From Chrysomallon squamiferum (lineage: Eukaryota; Animalia; Mollusca), in NCBI GenBank assembly GCA_012295275.1, contig CM022671.1:14508001-14572000 (forward strand): a DNA stretch of 64,000 nucleotides, written 5' to 3'. The notes under the pieces were generated by a model that saw only the letters and a program-made list of their open reading frames with translations, made no database searches and was not told the origin of the DNA. The position numbers were made by a program, and so were the translations under genes. Shown here piece by piece: positions 29,459-42,826 of this stretch; the stretch's first letter is position 1; the number at the start of each line of letters is the position of its first letter.

Positions 29459-30051
29459 ATGATAATGTCGTATTAGTAGTAGTAGTACTAGTGGTATTAT
29501 AATAATAATAATAGGCAATATATATATACTGTTTAATGATTTATATTAGTACTTATGACGTGTTTTCAGCTCATACACCAGTACTATTAGTTTAGCAGAT
29601 AATGTTATTTTTGATCAGTTATTTTTCTAACCTTTTTTCTAAATCTGGCAAATAAATTAAAAAAAAAAATAATAATAAAAGAGAAAATCCTGTTAAATTA
29701 AGAATAAAAAGCCCATAGTAATAAACATTACTTTAAACATGGGATTTCACAGTTGTTGTAAAGAAAACCATTAGTTGGCATAATCACAAGGACAGTACTT
29801 GTGTACGTACACACATACACACATACACACATACATACATACACACATATATATGTACATACTTACATACATACATACATACATATACATACATACATAC
29901 GTACACATACATATATATGCACACGTATATACATATTTGTATACAGACACAGACACAAATATTTTTCGTTAACTTATAAAATGTACTACTATATAAAATT
30001 ATTTTTATCACTGGCTGAATCGATTACATTTCATTATTTATACTTTCACAG

Positions 30052-30204
30052 CTCATTCTTAATTCCATGCACAAGTACCAGCCTCGTTTCCATGTGGTGT
30101 ATGTTGCTCCCAAAGGCGAAGACACGTCGACAACAGAAAACTTCAAGACCTTCATATTTCCGGAAACCAAGTTCATGGCCGTTACAGCCTATCAGAATCA
30201 TCGG
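30052..30204 (+). CDS. Tbx1: Tbx1/10 coding exon 4 ([18 protein letters not shown]...[22 protein letters not shown])
   Basis: Acceptor actttcacag|, donor CGG|GTAGGT, phase 0. QPRFHVVY and YQNHR are Tbx1-type. Confidence 0.98.
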
Positions 30205-30754
30205 GTAGGTCATGTGACCAAGTTCAGCCGCCATGTTGTTCGTATCAGACGTCAGCGCTCGTGAGAACGCGCACGGCGTCGGTTCTAGAATTAGTAAACT
30301 TATTAATCAATATTCTGGAAGTGTCAAAATAAAGATATATTTATCCCTAACATGTGCACGGGCGAAATAAACACAGATAGCATGCTAGCATAAGGTTTTC
30401 TTTCTCTTTGTAAGCATCTAAAGAATGTTTCTAACTTCTGGTTAATTTCAAACGAGATTTTCATTTTATAAAGTTTCTTTATACATTTTTTTTTTTCCTC
30501 TTTTAATATTTCGATTAAGGGTAAGTATATTTTGAGGATCTTCTTATGTGTTGTTAAATTTATCTTGTTTTTTTTCTTTCTTTTCTTCTTTAGATTTATA
30601 CGGTCTTTGTCTAGTATACACTTCCAGTTTATTTTAACTTTGATTATATACTTTAATGCCAAAAATATAATTAAAATAATTAAAAAAAAAATAGTTTGAC
30701 AGAGTAGGCCTGCTTACTTTCCCCATAATAATGATTATATTATAATGTACATGA

Positions 30755-30949
<195 letters not shown>

Positions 30950-31404
30950 TAAGTCTCATTTATCTCGCCCGTCTAACTACGACTTGAAACATATCCGTAT
31001 AATTGAAGATAATCACAGTGTAACTTGCTATCCGATCATATCTGTTCAGAAGTAAAAGCTGTCAGTTTGAAAACTCTTCAGACCAATGTTTCTTTTTTCG
31101 TTTCCAAGAGGTTTGCTGAGTGCTGCATTCGCTGTGTTTTCTGCTATCGCGGGCTCACTGATAAGACGAGCAATCGTGTCGTTTGTAACAACTACATGAA
31201 AAGAAACCGACAAATTTAATCAATTGTTGGTCTGTAAGAGGAAATTAGTGTATCAGTTTATCGGGAAGAGATTTTGAAAAATGGAATTCGTTATCTTTCT
31301 ATTGCCGTAACAGACAAAACATCACATCGTTTTTAAATGAAATATAGACACCAAAAATAAATCAACCTCATTATTTTAAATCGTGTTGTATTGATGATGG
31401 TATG

Positions 31405-31630
31405 CAGAAAGAAATGTCAAAGAACAGTATCTTAACATCAGTAATGTCAACGGACGAAATGTGATATCTATTACTTGAATCATCTACTGAATATGATGTA
31501 TCTATGTATTTTGAGAAATGTACTGTCTTAAAACTGAAAATTTCTGTAGGTACCACTTCAGTAGTTCATATTTTGATCATCGACATTTTGTCCGTTGATA
31601 TTTTTAACCTGCTGACATTTTGTCCAATAA
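31405..31630. mobile_element. Degenerate MITE-like element with inverted tgtcaacgg/gacattttgtcc sub-repeats, in Tbx1 intron 5
   Basis: aatgtcaacggacgaaatgt on the left and gacattttgtccgttgat on the right. The same motifs occur at about 53240-53465, 54250-54540 and 55090-55160. Confidence 0.55.
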
Positions 31631-31881
31631 TCGATTCAGATGAAAACTGGTAAATTAAAAAGATTTTTAAATTTTATCAGTTTTTAGTAAATATTAAACA
31701 GTTCTTCTTATTGGTAAATAAAGTAAATAATAATTAATTTTATTTTCGACTATTTGTTTTATTATTATTACTGTTGTTGTTGCTGCTGTTGTTTAAACCA
31801 TTTGAAATAACTGATACTTTATTATGTAACTGTTACTTTAGTCATGTGTCTGTTGACGTAACGCGTTGATTTGTGTTTCAG

Positions 31882-31994
31882 TATGAACGAAGTGTTGTCT
31901 CATTTCAACCCCTGCACGGTCAGGTCCAGAACTCAACAACGTCCCACGTCTATCTCACTGCTTAGCGGAACAAGAAAACTACAGGAAGACAAAG
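31882..31994 (+). CDS. Tbx1: Tbx1/10 coding exon 6 (MNEVLSHFNPCTVRSRTQQRPTSISLLSGTRKLQEDK)
   Basis: Acceptor tgtgtttcag|, donor G|GTAAAT. The frame is open and the phases (2 in, 1 out) bridge exons 5 and 7 exactly. Confidence 0.85.
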
Positions 31995-32391
31995 GTAAAT
32001 GTGTGCTTTTGTTTTTCTGTTATATACATTGCGTTTAATAAACATTTACATTTATTTATTTAGTTATTTATTTATTTATTGTTTTAAACCGTTATAAACA
32101 TAATAAAAAACACACCAGTTCCTGCCAGTAACATGAATGAATTTGATCATTTAAAATATATAATTCATTATGTATGTAAATTTTTCTGTATTTAAATGTT
32201 TATTTAGATTAATGTCAGAAACCCAGATCAAGAATATACAGTACATTGTTTAGAATTTTGCATATTTTAAATCATTTTTATACCAAATAAAACATTAAAT
32301 GGATTAAAAATTCCATTTCTAAATAAAACATTCCAGTTACGTTCCAGTCAATGTACAATTATTTATTTAAATTTTGTTTTCCCCTCTTCAG

Positions 32392-32654
32392 GAGAATGTT
32401 CATCTCACGACCTGACTACCTCGCCGAGTGTTCTCACAGCAGGGCTGCCTTCTGGACTGCACTACAGCCGCCCCGCGCAGATGTACACCGAGTGCTACAC
32501 GTACACGCCCTACAGCGCAGACTCGTACATGGCCGCCGGGAAGGCTCGGCCCAGTCCGTACTGCCGCAACGTGGAGTACCCCTCCTACACCCCCAGGGTG
32601 AAGGGCTTCTACCCCAGCACGAACAGTTTTGGATACGGGTTCGAAAACAGATGA
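32392..32654 (+). CDS. Tbx1: Tbx1/10 terminal coding exon 7 (…YMAAGKARPSPYCRNVEYPSY…GYGFENR*)
   Basis: Acceptor cccctcttcag|, GC-rich, Tyr/Pro-rich frame ending in TGA at 32652-32654. RPSPY resembles the RPAPY motif of the vertebrate Tbx1 C-terminus. Confidence 0.9.
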
Positions 32655-33600
32655 CAAACATACACGACGACACCCAGGCTGCTGTTGACCGAACACAACA
32701 GCAACGAAGAGGATCTCAACGGAAAATGAAGATAAAAAAAAAAAAAATTGTTACAGTGACCGTCCTAGAAATCATGTTATTGCTGAATCACGTACATTTG
32801 ATTCTTTTTATATAAACGTGTAATGTGCGTACTGTTAACACTGAAACATTTGTATGTGGGTAAGAGTGGAAATCTGTCAGTATTCAGTGGAAAAACTTTG
32901 ATGTCCTCTGAAAACGGTTTTGATTTTCTCCGAAGACGCTGAAGTTTTTTGAGGTCTTCCACTTCCATGATTAAGAAAACATATTTCCAGCTGAATGTTT
33001 TTAATATTTCTGAATTCGAGCTTCTCAGTAATGTTTACAGAACTGCCTGACAAGTGAAGGAACTGAAAGGCTACATCACCCCTGGAAATAAAATTTGATT
33101 CTTTTATATAAACGTGTAACATGAATACTGTTAACACTGAAACATTCTTAGACACGATTTTGGAAATTATTCTCGTTTTCGTTTCTCATTTACCAACAAC
33201 AAATACAAAATGGTGATTACTTACTCACGAGTTTTGTGTTTATAGTTTTTACACAGAACATTTTAACGTGTTTCTACTTTTCTTCAGCTGTCTGCATGGT
33301 TTAAAACGGCAACTAGATGTACATTTTGTTCAGTCTAATATCTTATGATTTCAACGAGAAAAGACGACAACAGTTGTAATTGTGTCGCACTGACTTAGGC
33401 ACTGATCTATTCTTTTGTAACGTGGACACTGCTGTATGTTAATACCGGATCAGAATCTCTAGATGAATGTTTCAAAGAAAATTTGGAATCTTTTAATATT
33501 ATTTAGTTTTTTTGTTTTTTTAACATTTATCAAATAGTATGTTTTTGTGACATCTTTATTTGTATATGTTTTCTTTAAAAATAAAATAATAAATAGGTGT
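32655..33600 (+). other. Putative Tbx1 3' UTR (end uncertain)
   Basis: Follows the stop codon. AATAAA at about 33087 and 33580, with further candidates near 34600-34700. Confidence 0.45.
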
Positions 33601-33627
33601 ATTTATTTACAAGTATTTTAGGTCATA

Positions 33628-33658
<31 letters not shown>

Positions 33659-34862
33659 ACCGCAAACCGCAAACATTTGTAATGATTATAAAATGAAATA
33701 ATGTGATAAACTTTTGCTCTGAGTTTTCTTTCGATCTTCAATGCAAAATTTTCTAGTTTCGTGTGTAATAATCTGTAGTAATTTTAATTATATTAAAACT
33801 GATAATATGTTTCTTTTTTATATGTTAGTAATTCATATTATCGTTATTCAATCAAATAAAACAACATATTGCTAATAATCCACGTTACTGGTGTAAACTA
33901 GCAAACAGAGCATTTAAATACTACTTTATTTCTGTAATGATCATCATGTTATTTTTATCCGTTTGAAATTATTATTTTCATTACAGCCAAATTTGTGTCC
34001 CTCGCTTCAAATCATGGAGCGGACTAGCCACTCCCATTTCAAATAAATATCGCAGTGTTTCGACTTCGTAACATCTTAAAATATAGTTTAACAAATTATA
34101 GTTTGTTTGTTACCTTATGTCAAAAATGAACTCCACCACAAAGTAAATCTAACGCTGGTTCACGCATTTTTCACGTTCACGAATATCTCGTGACAGTACC
34201 AAGTTCGCTGGTCTTGATATTGTCGATGATTTTTTTTTTTTTTTTTATCATTTCTTCTATTTTCTTCTCTTTTATTTGTTTATTTATTATTTTTTTTTTT
34301 TTTTACCCTATAATAATGTTTAATTCACTGATTTTGAAAACATTGTTTAAGTCAGTTTTAAAACTGAAATTCGCGATATTAAGTGTAAATATAAAAAGAA
34401 ATCGGCATTGTTATTTTATACGATAATCATCAACATTGATTCATTTCAAAAATAGACTTGCGTGCTGCAATACAAAAAAAGACAGAAAGAAAGAAGAAAA
34501 AAAGGGGGCGGGGGGAAGAAACGCCGAAACAAAATAATAACATGAAAAACGATGTTATGATGATATCAGGTATTTCATTCTCACTTTTACAACAGTTTTG
34601 TAAAAATAAATTGTTTTAGAGAATTATTTAGTGAGTGTGTTTATGTATTCTTTTCTTAAAAAAAAAAAAAAAAATATAATTATGTTTTGTATTTTACTGA
34701 ATAAATTATTTATATATTGTCCAGTGTTTTCTGTTTTTGCAAATCTTTCAGAAAACTTTTCTATTTAAGAGATTTTCCTTCACTGTCGTGTTATTATTAT
34801 TATTATGATTTTCTTTTTGAAACGATAAAATAAATTACAAATTGTGAATATGACTACGTTAC

Positions 34863-34898
<36 letters not shown>

Positions 34899-35274
34899 AC
34901 TATATTATTCAGAAATATCAGATATAAATCTCGTTAATTAAAATTCTGGGTTCTTAAATTTAAATTTGGAAAACAAAATTTGTTGACAATGAAACAAAAT
35001 CGTAAAACGATCGATTCATATAAATTGCTTTGTGTGGAGTAAGTCATCGATATTCAGGAATCCTTGGTTTCAGTTTTTCTGATTTTCTGGATCAAAAGAT
35101 ATCTAAATAATATACAACATTACAGCTCTTAATAACTAAGATATCCACTGATTCTGAAATAATACGCGCTGGTATAAACAAAGATTAAATATAAATTAAA
35201 TTATTAAACGCGTTTCGCTAAGCAGTACTTATTTAATTATAGAGGACGATCTTAACTTTGAGCGTAAACACGTT

Positions 35275-35356
<82 letters not shown>

Positions 35357-35944
35357 TGACTCCAGCCAACAAAATATTCATCGGATAGTCATAAAGTATA
35401 ATAACGAAACATATTTTAAAGAATCATTTGGCATCCTGCGCTGTGAAAGTGGATACGGAGACACAGTGAAACCGAGCACACGAAACTGTTGTTGCCTGCA
35501 CTATTCCATCCATGCCATGTTGTAGTGGATTGTTTTCAGTTCACGCTCATGGCGTGCAGCAGAGGTTCGTGGTATTCGGCTCTAGAACACGTCTGTCGAT
35601 TGCCGGCGAAGAAGCTAATTAATTTCTTGGCCTCCCGCGCGCGATCATCTTTGTAGCAAGTTTGGGGTTTCCTTTCACCTTGATGTTTGTTTTCCCTGCT
35701 GGAGCTGCGATCCTCCGGAGAGCGGAGTTCTGCCTGCAGCTGATTACCTCGTGATGTGATCGCACCGCACCGTGACAGTGCCAACGTGGCCTCCGCTGTT
35801 TGTGTGTTTGTTTGCAAGCAGCGGCGCGGGGGGTTCTGCCATCGTGATACAGTCTCGTTGAAACGTCAACAGCGATGTTTGGATCGTCGTCGTTTTGGGC
35901 AATATTGATCTTATTTTTAGTTATTTGCCACAATCATACGACAG

Positions 35945-35980
<36 letters not shown>

Positions 35981-37099
35981 ATGATGAAAAAAGAAAAGAA
36001 AAAGAAATTGTAGCTAGAAAATAAATAAACCATAAAAATAACACTGACGATTATTTAAATAGTATCTAAGTAACAGACGTTTATATTAACTTCGCTGAAG
36101 TAATGTGAATCTTGCAGGTTTAATGTTGCCGATGCTTTCAGCATTGCTGAAAATCACGTACACGTAAAGTGCATTTACTTAATCATTAAGGACTGTCGTA
36201 ACAATGAGAGATAAACAGTTTCGTTGTGAAATGAAGAAATTCTGTCACAAGATTTAAAAAATAATACCGTTTTTTAAACAGCACCTAAATTCATTATTTT
36301 TTATTCAGCAGTTATTAGGTACATACATGAACTTTTAAAATAGTGATATTGTCACGGAAATGATCACTCTCATTTTCTTGCAGGAAATCAACTCCAGTTT
36401 TTATAAACAAGTAACGGGCGCTGGCTGGAACGGGAAAAAAGCGAAACAGACGAAACGAGAAGGATTGATCCCCATATTTCAGAAACCTACCACAGTTCTT
36501 TTTCAAATAAAAACTTGTTTATCACGTGATGCGAATGATATTGAAAACAACTGGAACTATATGAAACAATTCAATATGGCGGCAGTATCGTTTCTGTCAT
36601 AGATTAATGATTGCGGTAAACACACGGCTTGAAATCTAAACATACAATCGTCAGATGAAAGCAGCAAGGAAACATTATTAATGAAATATTTTAACCCTGT
36701 ATTTATCATTCATGGACTAAAAAAGTTATTACTCAAAACAGTGTATGTTTGTTCATTTTTTTTTTATTTTTTTTTTTTTTCCTCCGCAGGTATATTTTAT
36801 AAACGTCTGTATTTGTGTGTGTAATCTACAAAGGTTCCTGCAATTTGTTGACTTCCTAAGTGGACCAGAATATCTCTTTTTTTTACGAAAAAAAAAAAAA
36901 AGAAAAAGAAAAAGAAAAATTAAATACATGAAGTTAAAATACCACAGGTATATATATACATACATATATATACATATTCGAAGTGTAAATAATACCTATA
37001 AACGAGAGCGATATTTTGTTCTATTTCAAACAGTAAATCACAACTGATTAGATTTTCAAAATCAACACCTGAAGTTGTCAGCTTCCTCCACACAGGACA

Positions 37100-37400
37100 T
37101 CTGATCATGTATCAGTGTGGACAGATCATTTACCATTGTAGACTAGATCGTTTACCAGTGTAGACTAGATTATATATCAGTGTTGACAGATTATTTACCA
37201 GTGTTGACAGATTATTTACCAGTGTAGACTAGATCATGTATAAATCTAGACAGATCATTTATCAGTGTTGACAGATCATTTTCCAGTGTAGACTAGATCA
37301 TGTATAAATCTAGACAGATCATTTATCAGTGTAGACTAATCATGTATCACTGTAGGCAGATCATTTATCAGTGTAGACTAGATCTTGTATCAGTGTAGAG
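37100..37400. repeat. Minisatellite, 22-bp unit (gtatcagtgtagactagat[c/t]at), about 13 copies
   Basis: Seen directly. Confidence 0.9.
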
Positions 37401-38091
37401 AAATCTAGTTAAACTAATCTTCAGTTATATAATTAACTGGCTACAGCTGAAACTGTATCCTTGGCAAATTTGGTTTTACTGAGACGTGTTAGTCCAGCAG
37501 TAACATATATATAAATTTAAAAATATGCGTTTACGTATCTGTGTGTGTGTGTGTGTGTGAGTGTGTGTGTGTGAGTGTGTGTGTGTGTGTGTGTGTGTAC
37601 ACTCACACACACTCACACGTATTCGCAGTCTGACTAAGAGTACATCAGTCTAATATGTTGCGCGTGACGGTGAAGAGAGAAAAATAAATCAAAATCCCCA
37701 AAACATCTGGATAATAAAAACAAGTATATTCTACAATGAAACACGTTATTCGCGCAGACAAAGTTCTTTTTATTATTTGGTGTTCAGATGGAATAGATGA
37801 AAAATAAATTTTCTTTAATGAAATAATTCTACATTATAATGATGGTTTTGTAAATTATAATAAGAGTCACTTTCGTTCAGAAGCAGGTATATAACGGTAC
37901 ATTTAGAAATTTTAACATTTTAACAATAGTAAATATGTTATTGTATGTATATGTATTGGTATGTATGAATATGTTGTATATTATATGTACACCGATGCAT
38001 CATTATTCACATTCATATCAATTCAGGTGCAAACTTAAAAACTGAAGTTAAACAATATACTTTTATTTTTATTTATTTATTTATTTATTAC

Positions 38092-38209
<118 letters not shown>

Positions 38210-38304
38210 TTTTATTATTATTATTTATGCTTAATAGTGAAGTTTTAACCATCCAGGAATGGCAATACCAGTGTTAATTAAATGTGTAAAATTTTGTCTT
38301 TTTA

Positions 38305-38540
38305 ACGTAGACTAGATCATATACGAGTGTAGGCTAAATCATGCATCAATTTAGACTTGATATTATATATACCTATAGACTAAACTTCACATATATGTGT
38401 GCTGACTAGATTATGTATCGGAGTAGACGAAATCATGTATCAGTAAAGGCTCGATTATGCCTCACTGTAGACTAAATCGTGTATCAGTGTAGACTAGATT
38501 ATGTATCAGTGTAGACTAGATTATGTATCAGTGTAAACTA
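38305..38540. repeat. Second, more degenerate block of the same 22-bp minisatellite
   Basis: gtatcagtgtagactagattat repeated at 38481-38540, with decayed copies to the left. Confidence 0.8.
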
Positions 38541-41091
38541 CCACTTGCATTAGCTCGCACAAATACGTAATGTGACAGCGTCTGTCAAAGTGAGATATTT
38601 GATTTACGAGATATCTGGTTTTGGCACATGTTTCAAATTTCTCGATCTGCACGTAACTAGCAACCTGCAGCTACGTTGAATAACTACTTTTACAGGTTTG
38701 CAAACCAGACACGGGTTGACGCCTGCATGTAAAACGCTGCGACCAAACGAGCGTGTTTTCTTTTACATACAAATAACTAAATTTTCTTACTTCACTCTTT
38801 GAAATTATTTCGTTATTATCCCTATTATTTATAATAATCCTTTTTTTTTTATATTTTTACAAATTCTTTAAAATCGTAAATGAAATCATTGTTATTATTA
38901 TTTTTTTTATGTCGTTGTTGATCAAATAGAATTAAAGGTGGGGCCAGACACTGAGAAATTACTCTCTCTCTCTCTCTCTCTGGTATTACGACTGTTGTAT
39001 ATGATACTCTGGTTTCATCAACATCTGGAAAACACATCTGATCAGTCGTAAATGATACATTTTCAAAGATGCTTTCTTCATTACCGTGAATTTAGAGTTC
39101 GATAAAAAGCCACATTTCTTGTTTACTTTTCGTTATAAAGAAGACCACTGGCCTTTTCAAAACAAATATTTAGTGAATCCATTTACAAACACTTTGGCTA
39201 TGAAAAAAAAAAAAAAAAAACGTGATGTTACTGTTCGAAATTCTGAATTTTCTCAGGAATGTTTTCAAAAGCGAGATGCCTTCAGAAGTTCGTGCCTTTC
39301 CATTCGAGATAATTGTTGATATTTCTCTGCGAGATCTCGCCAAACGAGATTACCGAGAATAAAGAGGCGGAACAGTTGGAAAACACATGTGCAGGCTGGT
39401 ATCAGTGTATTTGATTTGGTTGGCTATCTGTATGATCCAACTATTATCTTAGTGTCATACACCCTTACTCCGTTCTGCGTTCATATTTCTTTCAACATTT
39501 TTTGTTTTTTCTTTTCTTTCTTTGTGTCCCACTCTCACCCACTTCATTGTTTTTCACACAACAATAACAACAACAACAATAATAATAAATTTAAAAAAAG
39601 TTTTATTATATAGTTTTGTCTATTACTCTCATGCTAAGTGTCAACAATGAAAATAAAAATTCCACGACAAGACACTTTTTTTTGCCATTGAAATATTTTA
39701 ACAAGTTTAGTCAGTGCTTGTTTACACAAAACGATCTTATCTTGATCTTCAGAAATGGCTTATTTCCTTTTTTTGTGAAAATTTATGGTGTGTTTTGTTT
39801 AGAGTTATAACAAAGCCTGTTGCTAGCTAGACAAATTGAAATTACAAATGCTTTGCTCGTGTAAAAACAGTTTCGGCGTCTAAGAAATCATTAAGAAATG
39901 CCTACAAAGCAAGGACACTGCAAAACAGTAGCAAAACAAATACACTACTTAAACTCACAAACACAGTTTTGTGGGATCGAACTTGTTTTGAATCTGTTAG
40001 TGAGAATGTGATTAACCGTTTATAAGAATAGATTAAATGTTTATAAAACTTCTATTTTTACTACAAGAACTGGTTCCAGTTTGAGGACTATCGCCTGTAT
40101 TTTACTAAGTAATTTAATTGAACAATAAAACCATCACCACCATCACTACAAGAACAAGAGCAACAAAACCAGTAGTAATAATAACTTTAGTAATAATAAC
40201 AGTGATGATGATGATGATGACGATAACAACGACAAGAAATAGAAAAAGGTACAACCACTAAATTATATTTGAAAACTGCATTTTACTATGAAATAAGCAA
40301 ATTTCCAAACGACAATAAATACATCAACATTTACACGTGCATGGATGATACCGCTTTGTGAACAGAAAAGAACAGCGACACACAAACTCACTGACAAGTT
40401 GTCACCTATGTAAACACAGCAGTGATCCACAAGCGCATCAACAAACAAAGTGTTTTCAATATTTATACAGTAAATATGTTGGTGAAATTTGTTGAAGAGC
40501 AACAACCACGGAAAACATATTCTGATATTGCTTTGAAGGACATTTACAATGATTGCAAATCCTAGACAGTTTGTTTTAATTAGACGGACGGATAATATTT
40601 CATTCGCAGTAATCAAAACATTTCCAGACAGGTCCTATCGGTTCATGAGTATTCGAGTTTTAATAGGTTAAACAACTGTAATAGGTTACAGTCGATAATG
40701 TAAAGACAGAGATATTTACTATTAAAATGTGTCCCATAAAAAAATTTTTTATAAATTAATTGACAATACATACAGAAACAATTCTGAGATCATTTCAGTT
40801 TGTGGTTGTTTCCAGTCACGTGATCAGACATTTGGATGAGCAGTCTCTGTGTCATATTCTCGCTCAGTATTGTATCTAGTCCTAACTCGCGTTCTTTCTG
40901 CAGCTGAAGTAACATTTGAACATACACCAAAATAAAATAATTATATTGTGTCAGATCGAAACTAGCGTTTGTTGAAAACGAAGGTTTTTCAGTAGAATGA
41001 TCTGCAGTTAGCATTAATCTGTTTAAATATTAAATATAATAATAATAATAATACACGTATGACGTCACGGGTAATACTTAAGAGATTTTAA

Positions 41092-41138
<47 letters not shown>

Positions 41139-41328
41139 AATACAGAAAAAAGAAAAAGAAAAGAAAAAGAAAAGGAAAGAAAAGAAAAGGAAAAAAAGAA
41201 GAAGAAAAAAGTATCGCTCTTTTCAGAGAAATCCATGTAGTCGCGGAATCCAGTTTCCTGTTACAAGTCATTTATCAGTGATGTTACTACTATTACTACT
41301 CTACTACTATTACAACCATTACAACAAC

Positions 41329-41413
<85 letters not shown>

Positions 41414-41533
41414 CTAACTGCCACTGATATTGCTGCAACTACTACGTTTAATAGTAGCAGTAGTTCTTGTTGTTGTAGTAGTAGCAGTAGTAGTAGTAAT
41501 AGTAGTACAAGTAGAAATAGTAGTAGTAAGGAA

Positions 41534-41570
<37 letters not shown>

Positions 41571-42315
41571 TTAATCATAGTAATAATAATAAATGTTATG
41601 ATTATTATTATTATTATTATTCCTAACTGCCACTAACTGCTGCAACTACTACGTTTAATATTAGTAGTAGTAAGGGAAACTAATAAATGTCATTGTTGTT
41701 GTTGTTGTTGTTATTATTATGATTATTATTATTATTATCATCATCATCATCATCGTCGTCATTACTATTACTATTATTCCTAACAGTTAATAAGCGTTAA
41801 CAACGTAAAGTTTTGTTAAATAAGCCATTAATCATCAATTCTTTGAAACGCACAGAGAAATAAATGATAAAGGGAAATAGCAGGAACCACTTAAAACATG
41901 ATTAATAATTATTATCGTTCGCCCGCCATTTCTTCCGTCCGTGGCACTTTGAAGCGTCTGCTCTTATCACTCAGCCAGGTTGCTGCAGGAATTATATTTA
42001 CACTCGCAGATAAACTAACTACCTCAATACTCCGATTGTACGTTAATATACCGAATAACATCTCCCGTGCGTTAATGGGGCTCTGTTTAAATCAGAATGG
42101 AAGAAGGAAATCATCTCGTTGACGACATGCACTTTGCGTAACGATCTCGAATCGTTCACCGAGACGTCTGGTAGTAAATGACGGTGATAATAGTGACTGT
42201 TGTACAGTCTATCTGGTGTACGTTTTGCTGGTGTTCATTTTTTGTGTCGTAATTAACGATTACGGATATAAGACTGTTTTATTAAGAAGGTGGATCGGGT
42301 AGAACGTGCAAATAG

Positions 42316-42384
42316 TTAGAGGAATGTTATTAATTATTTTGTAACGTTTAAAATAATCATTAATGTGTAGAAGAAGATATGTGA

Positions 42385-42426
<42 letters not shown>

Positions 42427-42511
42427 TAATTTCATGCTGACAGAGGAATGTTTTTAATTACGTCGTGCGTTTAAAATAATCATTAATTATACAGAAGAAG
42501 ATGTGTGACTA

Positions 42512-42546
<35 letters not shown>

Positions 42547-42552
42547 ATTTCC
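42316..42552. repeat. Local tandem duplication, two copies of about 120 bp, each with a poly-T tract
   Basis: agaggaatgtt...cgtttaaaataatcattaat...agaagaagat..gtgac occurs twice. Confidence 0.75.
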
Positions 42553-42771
42553 AGCGTTAGTAAGTGTTTTTAAGTAGTGTCAGATAACTGTACTATCCTC
42601 TGTACTACAGATCAAATAACATTTTAAATAACAAATCTAACGAGTACGGATTATTTGGTGATTTGTGGATTTATGAAATATTAAAATAAAATAAAATAAA
42701 ATAAAATAAAATAAAATAAATGATGATGATAATAAATAATAATAATAATAATTATTATTATTATTATTATT

Positions 42772-42826
<55 letters not shown>

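Noticed and set aside
32389-32394. Tandem CAGGAG acceptor (NAGNAG)
   Set aside because: GAG acceptors are rarely used, and the effect would be a single residue.
32351-32815. 154-aa ORF and antisense ORFs over the last Tbx1 exon
   Set aside because: These are alternative frames of a GC-rich exon. Splice phase and the RPSPY motif identify a different frame ending at 32654.
35536-35933. Overlapping minus-strand ORFs of 93 and 104 aa in a GC-rich island
   Set aside because: No recognisable homology or convincing splice sites; better explained as a regulatory island.
41330-41412. (TAA)n directly followed by (TTA)n forming a hairpin; similar at about 42740-42825
   Set aside because: A common by-product of microsatellite strand switching with no unique sequence.
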